DNA of 64,000 nucleotides from assembly GCA_020348345.1 (NCBI GenBank), contig CP070748.1:1293051-1357050 (forward strand), written 5' to 3'. Both the position numbers and the translations under genes were made by a program. The notes beneath the pieces are model-generated. The model did no database searches, was not told the origin of the DNA, and saw only the letters and a list, made by a program, of their open reading frames with translations. Below, piece after piece: positions 19,314-28,676 of the stretch. This stretch comes from Methanobacteriota archaeon (GTDB lineage: Archaea; Thermoplasmatota; Thermoplasmata; UBA10834). Numbering within the stretch: position 1 is the stretch's first letter; every line of letters starts with the position of its first letter.

Positions 19314-19633
19314 ACCATCCTGGGAGAAACAACGCTGAGTAAAAAACATTCTCTAGATGGATTGCGGTGCACGGAATGCAAACCGGCCTGTTCCGCGCTC
19401 ACAGTTCAGCTTCTGTGCTGTATTTCATCCCTGCTCCTGCAAGACGGTTACCGAGGAGGAGGAGGTGGTTCCTCGCTGTCCTCCAGAGAAGCCGTGCCCT
19501 CGCGCACCATCTTCCTGAGGTTCAGGTATAAGGCGATCATCACGGCGGTCGCTGAGCATTGGCCACCCGAAGAACTGAGAACGCAAGTTACTTGAAGAGC
19601 CTTCATGATTACCAAGGCTGTCGGGGGAATGGA

Positions 19634-20413
19634 GTGAGGTGCCCAAAGTGCGGCCATGAGAATCCATCCTATTCGATATACTGTGGGATGTGCAGCGAAA
19701 ACCTCGAGAAGAAAGATGTTGCATTCTCCCGCAGAATCTCCGCAGAGTCTTCTGAGGGAGTTGTCAAATGCTCAGGCTGTGGGAACGACAGCCCGAGTGG
19801 AGTCAACTTCTGCTCATATTGCGGCTCGAGCCTCAGGACAATCGCTGCTCCAGGCGTGTGCTCGAAGTGCAGGTCGCTCAATGCGCCAGGCGTGACTCGT
19901 TGTTGTAACTGTGGAGAGACAATCGTGCCTATCGCATCTGGACCTGGTGCCTCAGTCGGGCGAGCGAATGTCAAGAGATGCTCGAGTTGCGGCATTGAAA
20001 TCCCTAGTGAAGGCAGAAATCTCTGCTGGAGCTGCATAGCTGAAGCAAACATCCACACAGCGAAGGCCTCACACGGGGATGAATCGCACGGACTGGTGTT
20101 GGCTGGCGGTATCCTGCTAATAGTAGCGGGTCTTATGGCCATAGGCCAGGGTTTGCTATACCTTGCTGTCGGATCGATGATATCAACGTATGGCTACTCT
20201 ACTTTCCCGCTTACGTGTTGCGCAGGATTGGATCTCCTGTTCGGATGCGCGGCGATAGGAGGAGGCATCTTCGCGGTCAAACAGGAAAGATTCTTGCTTG
20301 CTATCGTTGGATCCGTATGCGCTCTCCTGAGCCTCGGCTTCTTGATTGGCTCCCTGTTTGGCCTTCTTGCCCTCATATTCATTGCAGTGGGCAAAGACAG
20401 CTTCTCCAGCTGA
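19634..20413 (+). CDS. Membrane protein with four tandem zinc-ribbon motifs and a C-terminal multi-TM domain
   Basis: Four CxxC...CxxC units: CPKCG..CGMC, CSGCG..CSYCG, CSKC..CCNCG and CSSCG..CWSC. These are followed by hydrophobic helices. GTG at 19634 has GGGGGA 5 nt upstream; the track gives a TTG at 19559. Confidence 0.6.
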   Translation: MRCPKCGHENPSYSIYCGMCSENLEKKDVAFSRRISAESSEGVVKCSGCGNDSPSGVNFCSYCGSSLRTIAAPGVCSKCRSLNAPGVTRCCNCGETIVPIASGPGASVGRANVKRCSSCGIEIPSEGRNLCWSCIAEANIHTAKASHGDESHGLVLAGGILLIVAGLMAIGQGLLYLAVGSMISTYGYSTFPLTCCAGLDLLFGCAAIGGGIFAVKQERFLLAIVGSVCALLSLGFLIGSLFGLLALIFIAVGKDSFSS

Positions 20414-20482
20414 GCTTGCGAGGCGCATCACACTACGGTTAAGTAGATTGTAGACGCTCCCCCGGATGATAGCAGGGATGTG

Positions 20483-23077
20483 ATGGTGAAGACGAGTTGC
20501 GGCATGTGCTACGGCACATGCACCGTCGATGTGCGGGTGAAGGACGGCATTATCGTCGGAATCGAAGGGGACCCTGATTCACCTCAGGGATACGGCAACA
20601 TCTGCGCGAAGGGACTTTCGGCTCCAATGATGATGTATGACCCCAGCAGACTCAACTATCCGATGGCTCGCACAAACCCTAAGAAGGGCATAGGCGTGGA
20701 CCCCGGCTGGAAGCGTATCAGTTGGGACGAGGCAATGAAACTCCTGACGTCAAAGCTGAAGGAGTGCATTGAGAGAGATCCCAGAGGACTGTATACCGTC
20801 GGAAGCCCGACATTCCCCGCAGAGAGAGCGTTCAACATCTTGTGTTTCAGAAAGGCATTCGGCACTCCGAATTACTACACTGGCGGAGGAGGATTGCACT
20901 GTGGCAACGGAGCGCATATGATTGGCGGCATATATCACGCCTCCTGGTCCATCATACCAGATTTCAAGTACTGCAACCTCGCGGTCTACTGGGGCTGCTC
21001 CAAAGGCCATGGCGCAGGTCATGCAGCGAATGTGGCTGCCAAGCAAGCGGCTGACGCGAAGGCAAGGGGGATGCGCCTCATCGTTTTCGATCCGTTCCTG
21101 AGCACTCAAGCCTCAAGCGCGGAGGAGTGGGTGCCCATCAAGGCCGGGACCGACGCAGCTGCTGCCCTCTCCATGGTGAATCTTCTAGTGAACGACTACA
21201 ATCTCTGCGATGAGGAGTATCTGAAACGCAAGACAAACGGTCCATACCTAGTCGGACAGGATGGACTGTACGTCCGTGATAAGACCTCGGGGCTGCCGCT
21301 CGTCTGGAACATTGTTGACAACGGTCCGAAGGCCTTCTCATCCGCAGGTATTGAAGACTGCGCATTGACGGGCGATTTCGAAGTGGATGGAGAGAGATGC
21401 GCCCCCTCGTTTCAGCTCTTGAAAGAACATCTAAAGAAGTACTCGCCGGAATACGCATCGGGCATCTGTGGCGTTCCCGCATCGACTCTAAGGAGGATCG
21501 CCAGGGAATTCGGCGAGGAGGCGATGATAGGCAGCACGATCACCATCGACGGCAAGGTGCTGCCATACAGACCGGTCGCATCCATCTACTTCAGGGGATC
21601 ACAGGGACACTACAATCAGGCGTGGGACTGTATGTCCTTGGTACTTCCCAACCACATAGTGGGAGCGGCGGATGTCCCCGGTGGAGCGCTCGCGTTCGGC
21701 CCGCCGGTGCATCTCGGATACCCGGGCACTGGAAGACTGAAGTACTCCGTGGAGCCTGACAAGGATGGGCTGCTGGTCGCACGCAATTGGCCGTATTCTC
21801 ACCTGCCCTATCCTCCGCCAGAGCCTAGAGATCCGCCGCAGCGGCTCGACCTGCAGGATATGTTCTACATCCCCACTTACACAACCATCATGGCCTGGGA
21901 CAGCAACGAAGAGCTGTGGGAGAAGTTCAAGATCCCCTACAGACCGGATGTTATGATAAGCTTCGCAACGAATCAGATAATGTCGGTCGGAAACCCCAGA
22001 ACGCTCCTCAACAACTTCCTGAAGAAGTTCAGGTTCATCGTGTCATTCAACATCTACTCGACGGAGTTCGAGGAAGCCGCGGCCGACCTTGTGCTGCCTG
22101 ATACCTGCTTCCTCGAACGTTACGCCTCAGCGACAACCTTCCCAACGGTCGGCGTATCATGCCACGCGACCGGGCTGGGAGAATGGGTCTGGGCCATAAG
22201 GCAGCCGATAGTGGAGCCAATGGCTGAGCGACGGCCCATGATCGATGTGATACTCGACCTCTCGGAGAGGCTCGGACTGCGTGACGAATACCTTGAGGCC
22301 GTGAGAGAATGGGTTGACAGGGCCTACGGTGGGGATATCGACTTGAAGAAGGCCATCGGCCCAGAGGAGAAGCTCAGCTTCGAGAAGATCCTCGACCTCG
22401 TCATGAAAGACCGTTTCGGAGAGGAGAAGGGCCTTGATTGGTTCAAGGAGCACGGCTACCTCAAATGGCCCAAGCGCGTCGAGGAGGTGTACTGGCGGGC
22501 ATTCAATGACGTCCGCGTCCCCATCTACCTCGAATGGATCATTCGAGCGGGGCGGAAGAGCAGGGCGGTTGCCGAGAAGTACGGAGTTCCCGACCTCGTC
22601 GACTGGAGCGCCCACACGGCCCTGCCGGATTGGAGGCCGTGCCCCACACATGCTGAGAAGAATCCTGAGTACGACCTTGAAGCGTTCTACTGGAGGTCGG
22701 CGCTCCACACTTATTCCATGACGATGCAGAATCCTTGGCTGAATGAGATCTCCCAGAACGACCCCTATACCTACACGATACAGCTCAACACCGACACGGG
22801 CAGGAGAAAGGGCGTGAAAGAAGGGGATTTCGTCTGGCTTGAGAATCCAAAAGGCTCGAAGGCGAGGGGCAGAGTACACCTGACCGACGGCATAAGGCCG
22901 GACCATGTGGCCATTGCTGCCAACGCGGGTCACTGGGGTAGAGGACTCCCGATAGCCAAAGGGAAGGGGGTGTTCTTCAACGAGCTCATAGAGGTCGACA
23001 GAGAGCATTCGTGCCCTGTCTCTCTGGGACAGGATATTTGCGTTAAGGTCAAGCTGTACAAGGATGGAGGCGCCTGA
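20483..23077 (+). CDS. Molybdopterin (bis-MGD) oxidoreductase catalytic subunit, Psr/Phs/Ttr-like
   Basis: 864 aa. N-terminal CGMCYGTC...CAKG 4Fe-4S motif and the length typical of the DMSO-reductase family. No RR (Tat) motif at the N-terminus. Confidence 0.85.
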   Translation: MVKTSCGMCYGTCTVDVRVKDGIIVGIEGDPDSPQGYGNICAKGLSAPMMMYDPSRLNYPMARTNPKKGIGVDPGWKRISWDEAMKLLTSKLKECIERDPRGLYTVGSPTFPAERAFNILCFRKAFGTPNYYTGGGGLHCGNGAHMIGGIYHASWSIIPDFKYCNLAVYWGCSKGHGAGHAANVAAKQAADAKARGMRLIVFDPFLSTQASSAEEWVPIKAGTDAAAALSMVNLLVNDYNLCDEEYLKRKTNGPYLVGQDGLYVRDKTSGLPLVWNIVDNGPKAFSSAGIEDCALTGDFEVDGERCAPSFQLLKEHLKKYSPEYASGICGVPASTLRRIAREFGEEAMIGSTITIDGKVLPYRPVASIYFRGSQGHYNQAWDCMSLVLPNHIVGAADVPGGALAFGPPVHLGYPGTGRLKYSVEPDKDGLLVARNWPYSHLPYPPPEPRDPPQRLDLQDMFYIPTYTTIMAWDSNEELWEKFKIPYRPDVMISFATNQIMSVGNPRTLLNNFLKKFRFIVSFNIYSTEFEEAAADLVLPDTCFLERYASATTFPTVGVSCHATGLGEWVWAIRQPIVEPMAERRPMIDVILDLSERLGLRDEYLEAVREWVDRAYGGDIDLKKAIGPEEKLSFEKILDLVMKDRFGEEKGLDWFKEHGYLKWPKRVEEVYWRAFNDVRVPIYLEWIIRAGRKSRAVAEKYGVPDLVDWSAHTALPDWRPCPTHAEKNPEYDLEAFYWRSALHTYSMTMQNPWLNEISQNDPYTYTIQLNTDTGRRKGVKEGDFVWLENPKGSKARGRVHLTDGIRPDHVAIAANAGHWGRGLPIAKGKGVFFNELIEVDREHSCPVSLGQDICVKVKLYKDGGA

Positions 23078-23078
23078 A

Positions 23079-23708
23079 ATGGTGAGGCTTGGCATGGTGA
23101 TAGACCTCAAACGATGTGCGAGCTGTCACACATGCACCGCTGCCTGCAAGGCCGAGCACCACACGCCTCCTGGCGTCTTCTGGGCGAAGGTCATCAGAGT
23201 TGAATCAGGGAAATATCCGACCGTTATCAGGCAGGGATTGCCATTGCTATGCATGAACTGCGCAGAGCCCGAGTGCGAGAAGGTCTGCCCCACAGGGGCG
23301 ACGGAGAAGAGACCCGACGGAATCGTCACGGTCGATTCGAGCAAGTGCGTGGGATGCAGGTACTGCTCTGTAGCGTGTCCGTACGGCGCCCGATGCTTCG
23401 CCGAGGATTGGAAGGACTACTTCACCGGAGATCGTAGACCATCGTCCGCGTTCGCGGCGCATTCCAGAAAGATGTGGCTCGAAGAAAGCGACCGTGGGGT
23501 GGTGAGCAAGTGCAATTTCTGCGCGGACAGGATTGCAGAAGGCCAGAACCCGGCATGCGTCGACGCGTGCCCTTGCGAGGCGAGGGTCTTCGGAGATCTT
23601 GAAGATCCGGAATCAGAGGTATCGCAACTGATTAAGAAGAGGAGGGGTAGACAGCTCCATCCCGAATACGACACGGATGCCAGCGTGTACTATCTTCCTG
23701 CGAGGTGA
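23079..23708 (+). CDS. 4Fe-4S ferredoxin-type electron-transfer subunit (PsrB/DmsB/HybA-like)
   Basis: CASCHTCTAACK, CMNCAEPECEKVCP, CVGCRYCSVACP and CNFCADR...C..ACPCE cluster motifs. GGAGG 8 nt upstream of the ATG at 23079. Confidence 0.85.
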   Translation: MVRLGMVIDLKRCASCHTCTAACKAEHHTPPGVFWAKVIRVESGKYPTVIRQGLPLLCMNCAEPECEKVCPTGATEKRPDGIVTVDSSKCVGCRYCSVACPYGARCFAEDWKDYFTGDRRPSSAFAAHSRKMWLEESDRGVVSKCNFCADRIAEGQNPACVDACPCEARVFGDLEDPESEVSQLIKKRRGRQLHPEYDTDASVYYLPAR

Positions 23709-23752
23709 TCAGGGAATGCCGCGCACGATGATGATGAGGGACGGTGACTAGG

Positions 23753-24685
23753 ATGGACGTCATGCAGTTCGAGGATTTCAAACCCGGACCTCGCGCGCAG
23801 ATGGAGTGGGGATTTGGCGGCCGAAGGAGATGGCGTGACGGAGCCCTCCTCATGGCGCTCTTCCTCGGGGGCATAGGCGCCGGCCAGTTCGTCATATCGA
23901 CCTGGCTAATCGAATCTGTCACGAGCGCTTTGATTGGGCTGCTTATAGTGGGAGTCGGCAAGACCGTCGCGCACCTGATATACCTCGGACAGCCTGCCAG
24001 ATTCTACAGGCTATTCTTGAAACCAAGCACGTCCTGGATCAGCCGAGGACTTGTGTTCATGGTGGTCTTCGTCGCGTTCGGGGCGGCGTACCTAGCCCCG
24101 GAGATAGGTTTTGAATGGGTACCATGGACCATGGGCTCGTCACTTAGCGATGCGCTGTGGTTCGTGGCTCTGCTCGGAGCGGGGCTCGTTATGATCTACG
24201 ACGGCTTCGTTCTGGCGTCGTGCAAGTCAATCACATCGTGGAACACCGCGCTGATGCCGCCCCTGTTCTTCACCTACGCGTTGGCTGGCGGCGTGGCGAT
24301 GACATATCTCACTATGACAGCTACGGGAGGCGAGATACTGGACGAGAATACTATGCTCAGCCTCGACGCTGTGCTGCTGACAACCATGTTCGCTCTCATA
24401 GTGATATACGTGGCGAGCATGGCAGCGTCCACGGCGACCGCGAAGGAATCCGTAAGGAGACTGACATCAACCAGGCTGGCGATCGCGTTCGTGGGCCTGG
24501 CGATAGTCGCAGGCCTCATGGTTCCACTCGCCCTTACCTACCTGCACGAGGCATCAACCGAGGGAGCCGTTGCCTCCGCGCTCCTGGCGGCATCCGCTGT
24601 CCTGGAACTTGCGGGGGATCTGTCGGTCAGGCACTCTATACTGCGAGCGGGGCTGCACGCTCCGGCGCTCCCAGAAGGAGTATGA
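23753..24685 (+). CDS. NrfD/PsrC-like integral membrane anchor subunit
   Basis: About 8 predicted TM helices directly downstream of the A and B subunits. ATG at 23753; the track gives a GTG at 23744. Confidence 0.75.
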   Translation: MDVMQFEDFKPGPRAQMEWGFGGRRRWRDGALLMALFLGGIGAGQFVISTWLIESVTSALIGLLIVGVGKTVAHLIYLGQPARFYRLFLKPSTSWISRGLVFMVVFVAFGAAYLAPEIGFEWVPWTMGSSLSDALWFVALLGAGLVMIYDGFVLASCKSITSWNTALMPPLFFTYALAGGVAMTYLTMTATGGEILDENTMLSLDAVLLTTMFALIVIYVASMAASTATAKESVRRLTSTRLAIAFVGLAIVAGLMVPLALTYLHEASTEGAVASALLAASAVLELAGDLSVRHSILRAGLHAPALPEGV

Positions 24686-24713
24686 GATCGAAAGGAAGGC
24701 GAGCCATGTGAGT

Positions 24714-25508
24714 ATGAACGACGGCACGCATGACCTGGACATCATACGCATAGACGGTGGTAGAGCGGCGAAAGCAAGAGATGTTGTCAGCCGTGAATCG
24801 CGAATCAGCATCAGACTAAACGACTTCGAGGTCGTCGCCCTGATGTGCTCGCCGGTGAGCTTGAAGTACCTTGCAGTTGGCTTCCTGTTCTCGGAGGGCT
24901 TCGTCAACCGCAAGAAAGACGTGCATGCTGTCGATGTGGACGAGAAGGAGGAAGTCGTGAGAGTGACCGCAGACGCTGGTGAGCCGCCACCGCACGATTC
25001 CGCTGAAGGGCGGTTGATAGCCGCCAGCGGAGGCAGGGGATTGACAGGCGCTGATTTCGCCGAGAGGGCGAAGGCGCTCAAGTCCGGTTCTCAGCTCAAG
25101 ATACATCCCGACACGGTCATATCTCTCATGAAGGAGTTCCTAGGCAGATCGAAAGGCTTCGACCGGACTGGGGCGATCCACAGCGCCGCCCTCTGCGGTT
25201 CCAATCGGATCGAAGTCTTCCACGAGGATATTGGCCGACACAACGCCATCGACAAGGCGATTGGCCAGGCTGTACTCGAGGAAATGAGCATGGAAGACAA
25301 GATCCTCGTCACAAGCGGACGAATATCAGCCGAGATCCTTGTAAAGGCTGCCAGATGCGGAACGCCAATTGTGATGTCCAAATCGGCGCCGACAGATCTT
25401 GCTGTGAAGATAGCTTCGGAGGCCAATATCACCATTGTCGGCTTCGCAAGAGAGCAGAGGATGAACGTATACTCGAACGCCTGGAGAATCCAACACGAGG
25501 GACGGTAA
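24714..25508 (+). CDS. fdhD: FdhD-type sulfurtransferase (molybdoenzyme maturation)
   Basis: VALMCSP..LKYLAVGFLFSEG, GRHNAIDKAIG and SGRISAEILVKAARCGTPIVMSKSAPT. ATG at 24714; the track ORF starts at 24570, inside the NrfD-like gene. Confidence 0.85.
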   Translation: MNDGTHDLDIIRIDGGRAAKARDVVSRESRISIRLNDFEVVALMCSPVSLKYLAVGFLFSEGFVNRKKDVHAVDVDEKEEVVRVTADAGEPPPHDSAEGRLIAASGGRGLTGADFAERAKALKSGSQLKIHPDTVISLMKEFLGRSKGFDRTGAIHSAALCGSNRIEVFHEDIGRHNAIDKAIGQAVLEEMSMEDKILVTSGRISAEILVKAARCGTPIVMSKSAPTDLAVKIASEANITIVGFAREQRMNVYSNAWRIQHEGR

Positions 25509-25597
25509 GGCGCTGGACGCAGCCTGACCGATTAGGGAAATGATTGTCCCTCCGGCAAGAGTCTCGCCGGAGGGTGTTCTCGTTTTTCGTCGGAAGC

Positions 25598-27757
25598 TCA
25601 CGACAGGACTGCCTCGAGAGGAACGGCAGCGTTGGTCCACTCGCGCCTGAGCGTCTCGATATCCGCCAAGAACCACAGCTCCAACTCGTTGTCTCTGATA
25701 TCAGTCAGTCTGGCAAAGGCGTCATCCCTGGGCATCGAGCCGTCCAGGAGACCGAGATACACATCCTGAACGTCCACGTAGTCCTGCGCCTGATCGAAAT
25801 CGTCGCCCCAATACAGGTAACAGTCCACCATCTGGGCGAGGACCTCGTCGAAGACTTCGGCGCTGCAATACATGCCCCATTCCATCGAGCGGACGCGCTC
25901 CAAGGCCTTTATGGCTCCGCCAACCTGTCCGCCCTTGCCGACGAGCGTCTGTATCGCTGTGTTCACCGCCTCGAAGTCGGTCGCATGCTGGTGCGATCTC
26001 AACATAGGCTCCCATGACGCCATCATCCCCCCTTCACCGAGGGTGTACGGCGTGAAGATCCGCCTCATGTCGATGATAGCCCTATTGAGTTCGTCAGCCA
26101 GTTCGACGACGGCAGCTCGCTCGGCATCGTTTGTCGCAGCGGCGTACATAGCCTCGAGTTCGGCCGCGTACTCGTTGACTTCCAGCACTAGCGTTCTGAG
26201 AGCGGACAATGCCTCCAAAGCCCCGTCAATCTCCGCAGCTCGGATCGGCACCAGGTGCGCCTCTGTCGTAAGATGACCCTCAGCCCAGTCGCAGGCCGGG
26301 ATGAAGTCGAGGGGCACCACAATCGAGCTCTCTGCCCTCACAGCCATCAGAGTTGTGAAATCGGCGACCATTGCCAACATGTCCTCTGACTGTAATTCTA
26401 TCGTGTCGAACTGCGTGTGATAGTAGGGATCGAAACCGGGCCCCCAGACCATCTGGATCGCGGTTCCTCCACCCTTTGCTGCGAAGGACCACGCGTCGGT
26501 CCATGTCCAGGTAGGAACGTAGTAGCCGACGTCCATGTATCCAAGGTCGACTATGGCGTTCCTCACAAACGAGCTGACTTCCCATGATATCTCGAACCAG
26601 ACCTTGCCGCCCTCGCCTACCTTGGAGAAACTGCCACCGTCCAGGTTGAGCTCCATGACCAGGCCGTTCATGATGTCATTCTGGTGGGCACTGACGAACT
26701 CATACGATCCAACCAGCCAGTTGAACCATGTGCCGTCAGGTCCGCCAGTCTCCTCTGCGCCTACAGAGCAGAAGACCAACGACCTCTTATTCTCGTAGAT
26801 GCCAGCCTCCTTCGCCTCGGAGAACAATCTGGCCATCTCAAGCATGACAGCGATGGAAGAGCAGTCATCGTTTGATCCGTTCCACCATGTGTCTATGTGG
26901 CCTGATATCACGATATACTCATCGGGATGCGTGGTTCCTCTGAGGATTCCGGCAACATTCACTGACTCCGCATTCGGGTCGAAATCCACCCTTCCTTCGA
27001 TCTCGACGGTTACCGCTCCGTCCACGGCGATCAACTCCTGGATCCTCGCGGCGGAGTTGGGCGAAATCGATATCGCGGGTATCGGCGAGAACACCGAATC
27101 CTGCTTTATGGCCTCAGGGTGGTCAGCCCCTGTGAAGTAGCCGTAGAACATAGCGGCGGAGGCACCGTTCAACGCCGCCTCGAGAACTGGCACGTTCGGC
27201 CATCCCTGCGTGTTATCGTCTCTGTGTACGAGCGCGATGGCACCATCGAGCGGATCTGCGGCCTCGAAGTCGGCTGCTGTGCCATAGCCAACATCGACTA
27301 TCTCCGCTGTAAGGACTTTTCCAGTCTCATCAGTGCCGTGATAGTATTCCATCCCGAACTCGTCCAGCCCCCAAACCGAAGGACAATCGCCGTATGTCGT
27401 GGCGGGTATGTCCTCATCGCCATGGGATGTCATCTTGACAGTCGTCCCGTAGTGCTTCCAATTGGCGACACGGAAGGTCTCCTCCAGCACTTCGTCCAGA
27501 GACATGTTCTCGAGCTCGCCCAACACGTAGCGTTGGGCGCGCTTCTCCTCCTCAGAACCTGCGGTCTTCTCTCCGAGAGATGAGAGATATTGCAACTGCT
27601 CCCAAGCGTTCTCGTAGTCGATCATCCCCAGAAGCTCCGTTTCCGCCGGTGAAAGACCGAACGACACCCCGGAATTCGCCGACCGAACATCTGACGAAGC
27701 GGGCATCGCCGTCGCAACAAATAGAATCGCCAACATAATTCCTATCATCTTGCGCAC
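25598..27757 (-). CDS. Secreted M28-family metallopeptidase with a PA domain and a roughly 250-aa C-terminal extension
   Basis: Signal peptide (IGIMLAILFVATAMPASS). VISGHIDTWWNGSNDDCSSIAVMLEMARLF and FCSVGAEETGG zinc-site motifs. GTG start with GGGGGAG 5 nt upstream. Confidence 0.75.
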   Translation of the reverse strand: MRKMIGIMLAILFVATAMPASSDVRSANSGVSFGLSPAETELLGMIDYENAWEQLQYLSSLGEKTAGSEEEKRAQRYVLGELENMSLDEVLEETFRVANWKHYGTTVKMTSHGDEDIPATTYGDCPSVWGLDEFGMEYYHGTDETGKVLTAEIVDVGYGTAADFEAADPLDGAIALVHRDDNTQGWPNVPVLEAALNGASAAMFYGYFTGADHPEAIKQDSVFSPIPAISISPNSAARIQELIAVDGAVTVEIEGRVDFDPNAESVNVAGILRGTTHPDEYIVISGHIDTWWNGSNDDCSSIAVMLEMARLFSEAKEAGIYENKRSLVFCSVGAEETGGPDGTWFNWLVGSYEFVSAHQNDIMNGLVMELNLDGGSFSKVGEGGKVWFEISWEVSSFVRNAIVDLGYMDVGYYVPTWTWTDAWSFAAKGGGTAIQMVWGPGFDPYYHTQFDTIELQSEDMLAMVADFTTLMAVRAESSIVVPLDFIPACDWAEGHLTTEAHLVPIRAAEIDGALEALSALRTLVLEVNEYAAELEAMYAAATNDAERAAVVELADELNRAIIDMRRIFTPYTLGEGGMMASWEPMLRSHQHATDFEAVNTAIQTLVGKGGQVGGAIKALERVRSMEWGMYCSAEVFDEVLAQMVDCYLYWGDDFDQAQDYVDVQDVYLGLLDGSMPRDDAFARLTDIRDNELELWFLADIETLRREWTNAAVPLEAVLS

Positions 27758-27813
27758 TGCAACTCCCCCAATATCTGCACCCGAGAGATTCCCAAGAGCC
27801 TTCTTCGAATGTG

Positions 27814-27831
27814 ATACTGACTATTTAAAAA
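27814..27831 (-). promoter_or_regulatory. Putative promoter element TTTTTAAATAGTCAGTAT (TATA box plus GTCAGTAT)
   Basis: Read on the minus strand. It ends 56 nt upstream of the GTG at 27757. Same 11-mer and same spacing as 16112-16127. Confidence 0.4.
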
Positions 27832-28016
27832 TTGACGGTTGGGAAACGATGGAAAGTACAATGCCCTTGAATCACTATCATGAACTCTCCGGCCCGACAG
27901 CCCATGATCGAAGGTGAGAATCACTGAAAATCGATCCCACGAACGATATAGAGAGCGTTTCGACTGCTGTCGCATCGCCCGAAGAGAGAGCGCTCAGAGC
28001 CGCTCTCGGGAGCGGC

Positions 28017-28325
28017 ATGGGCATATCAGTGGGTGCGATCGGACGTCCCGCGACAGTGGTTTTCAGAAGCGACATCGAATCGACTTCGGTGTATGTCGAT
28101 GAACAGGGGAACGTGTCAGTCAGCAGAGGGGCGCTTCCAAACCCAAATATGCTTGTAGAGGGTAGCCACGGCACTCTCTGTGCGATCCTTCAGAGGACAG
28201 ATCCAACTCTCACCGCTCCGGGAGATCTGACAATCACGGTCAATATCGCGACAATCAAGGACTTCGTCATAGAAATCCCTGAAGGGCGGGAGATGGTTCA
28301 TCCCCTCAAGGAGTTGCACGATTAG
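28017..28325 (+). CDS. Hypothetical protein (102 aa)
   Basis: Only an ORF with plausible composition, divergent from the M28 gene. No family recognised. Confidence 0.3.
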   Translation: MGISVGAIGRPATVVFRSDIESTSVYVDEQGNVSVSRGALPNPNMLVEGSHGTLCAILQRTDPTLTAPGDLTITVNIATIKDFVIEIPEGREMVHPLKELHD

Positions 28326-28415
28326 CAGTCAGCGCTCATTGAATCTGCACGCCTACCAGCGTGCCCGAACGAATTTATCGAGGCAACTGCATCCCCCGTA
28401 CGGAGGCATGTCAAG

Positions 28416-28595
28416 ATGCCAGTGATTGTAGTGAACATGTGGCCAGGCAGGGATGTGGAGGCCAAGCGGCGCATAGCTGAGGGGATCACCAAGGTGTTCG
28501 AGGATGAAGGCGTTCCGCGCGAGGTCATAGAGGTTCTAATGAACGAGGTGCCCAAGACTAATTGGGCAATCGGTGGGAAGCTACACTCCGATTGA
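28416..28595 (+). CDS. 4-oxalocrotonate tautomerase family protein (59 aa; below the ORF-track cutoff)
   Basis: My own translation is MPVIVVNMWPGRDVEAKRRIAEGITKVFEDEGVPREVIEVLMNEVPKTNWAIGGKLHSD. It has Pro at position 2, the GR..E.K pattern and the NWA.GG tail typical of the family. GGAGG 9 nt upstream. Confidence 0.6.
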   Translation: MPVIVVNMWPGRDVEAKRRIAEGITKVFEDEGVPREVIEVLMNEVPKTNWAIGGKLHSD

Positions 28596-28676
28596 GCATA
28601 CAAGCTATCCCCACAAGGCGAAATGTGGGGCAATCCCCAGCGGGGAGGAAGAAGCGGCGTTCCGGCTATTCGCCGC

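Noticed and set aside
22157-23110. 317-aa minus-strand ORF inside the molybdopterin oxidoreductase gene
   Set aside because: It is antisense to a confidently assigned 864-aa gene, and I recognised no motifs in it. Shadow ORF.
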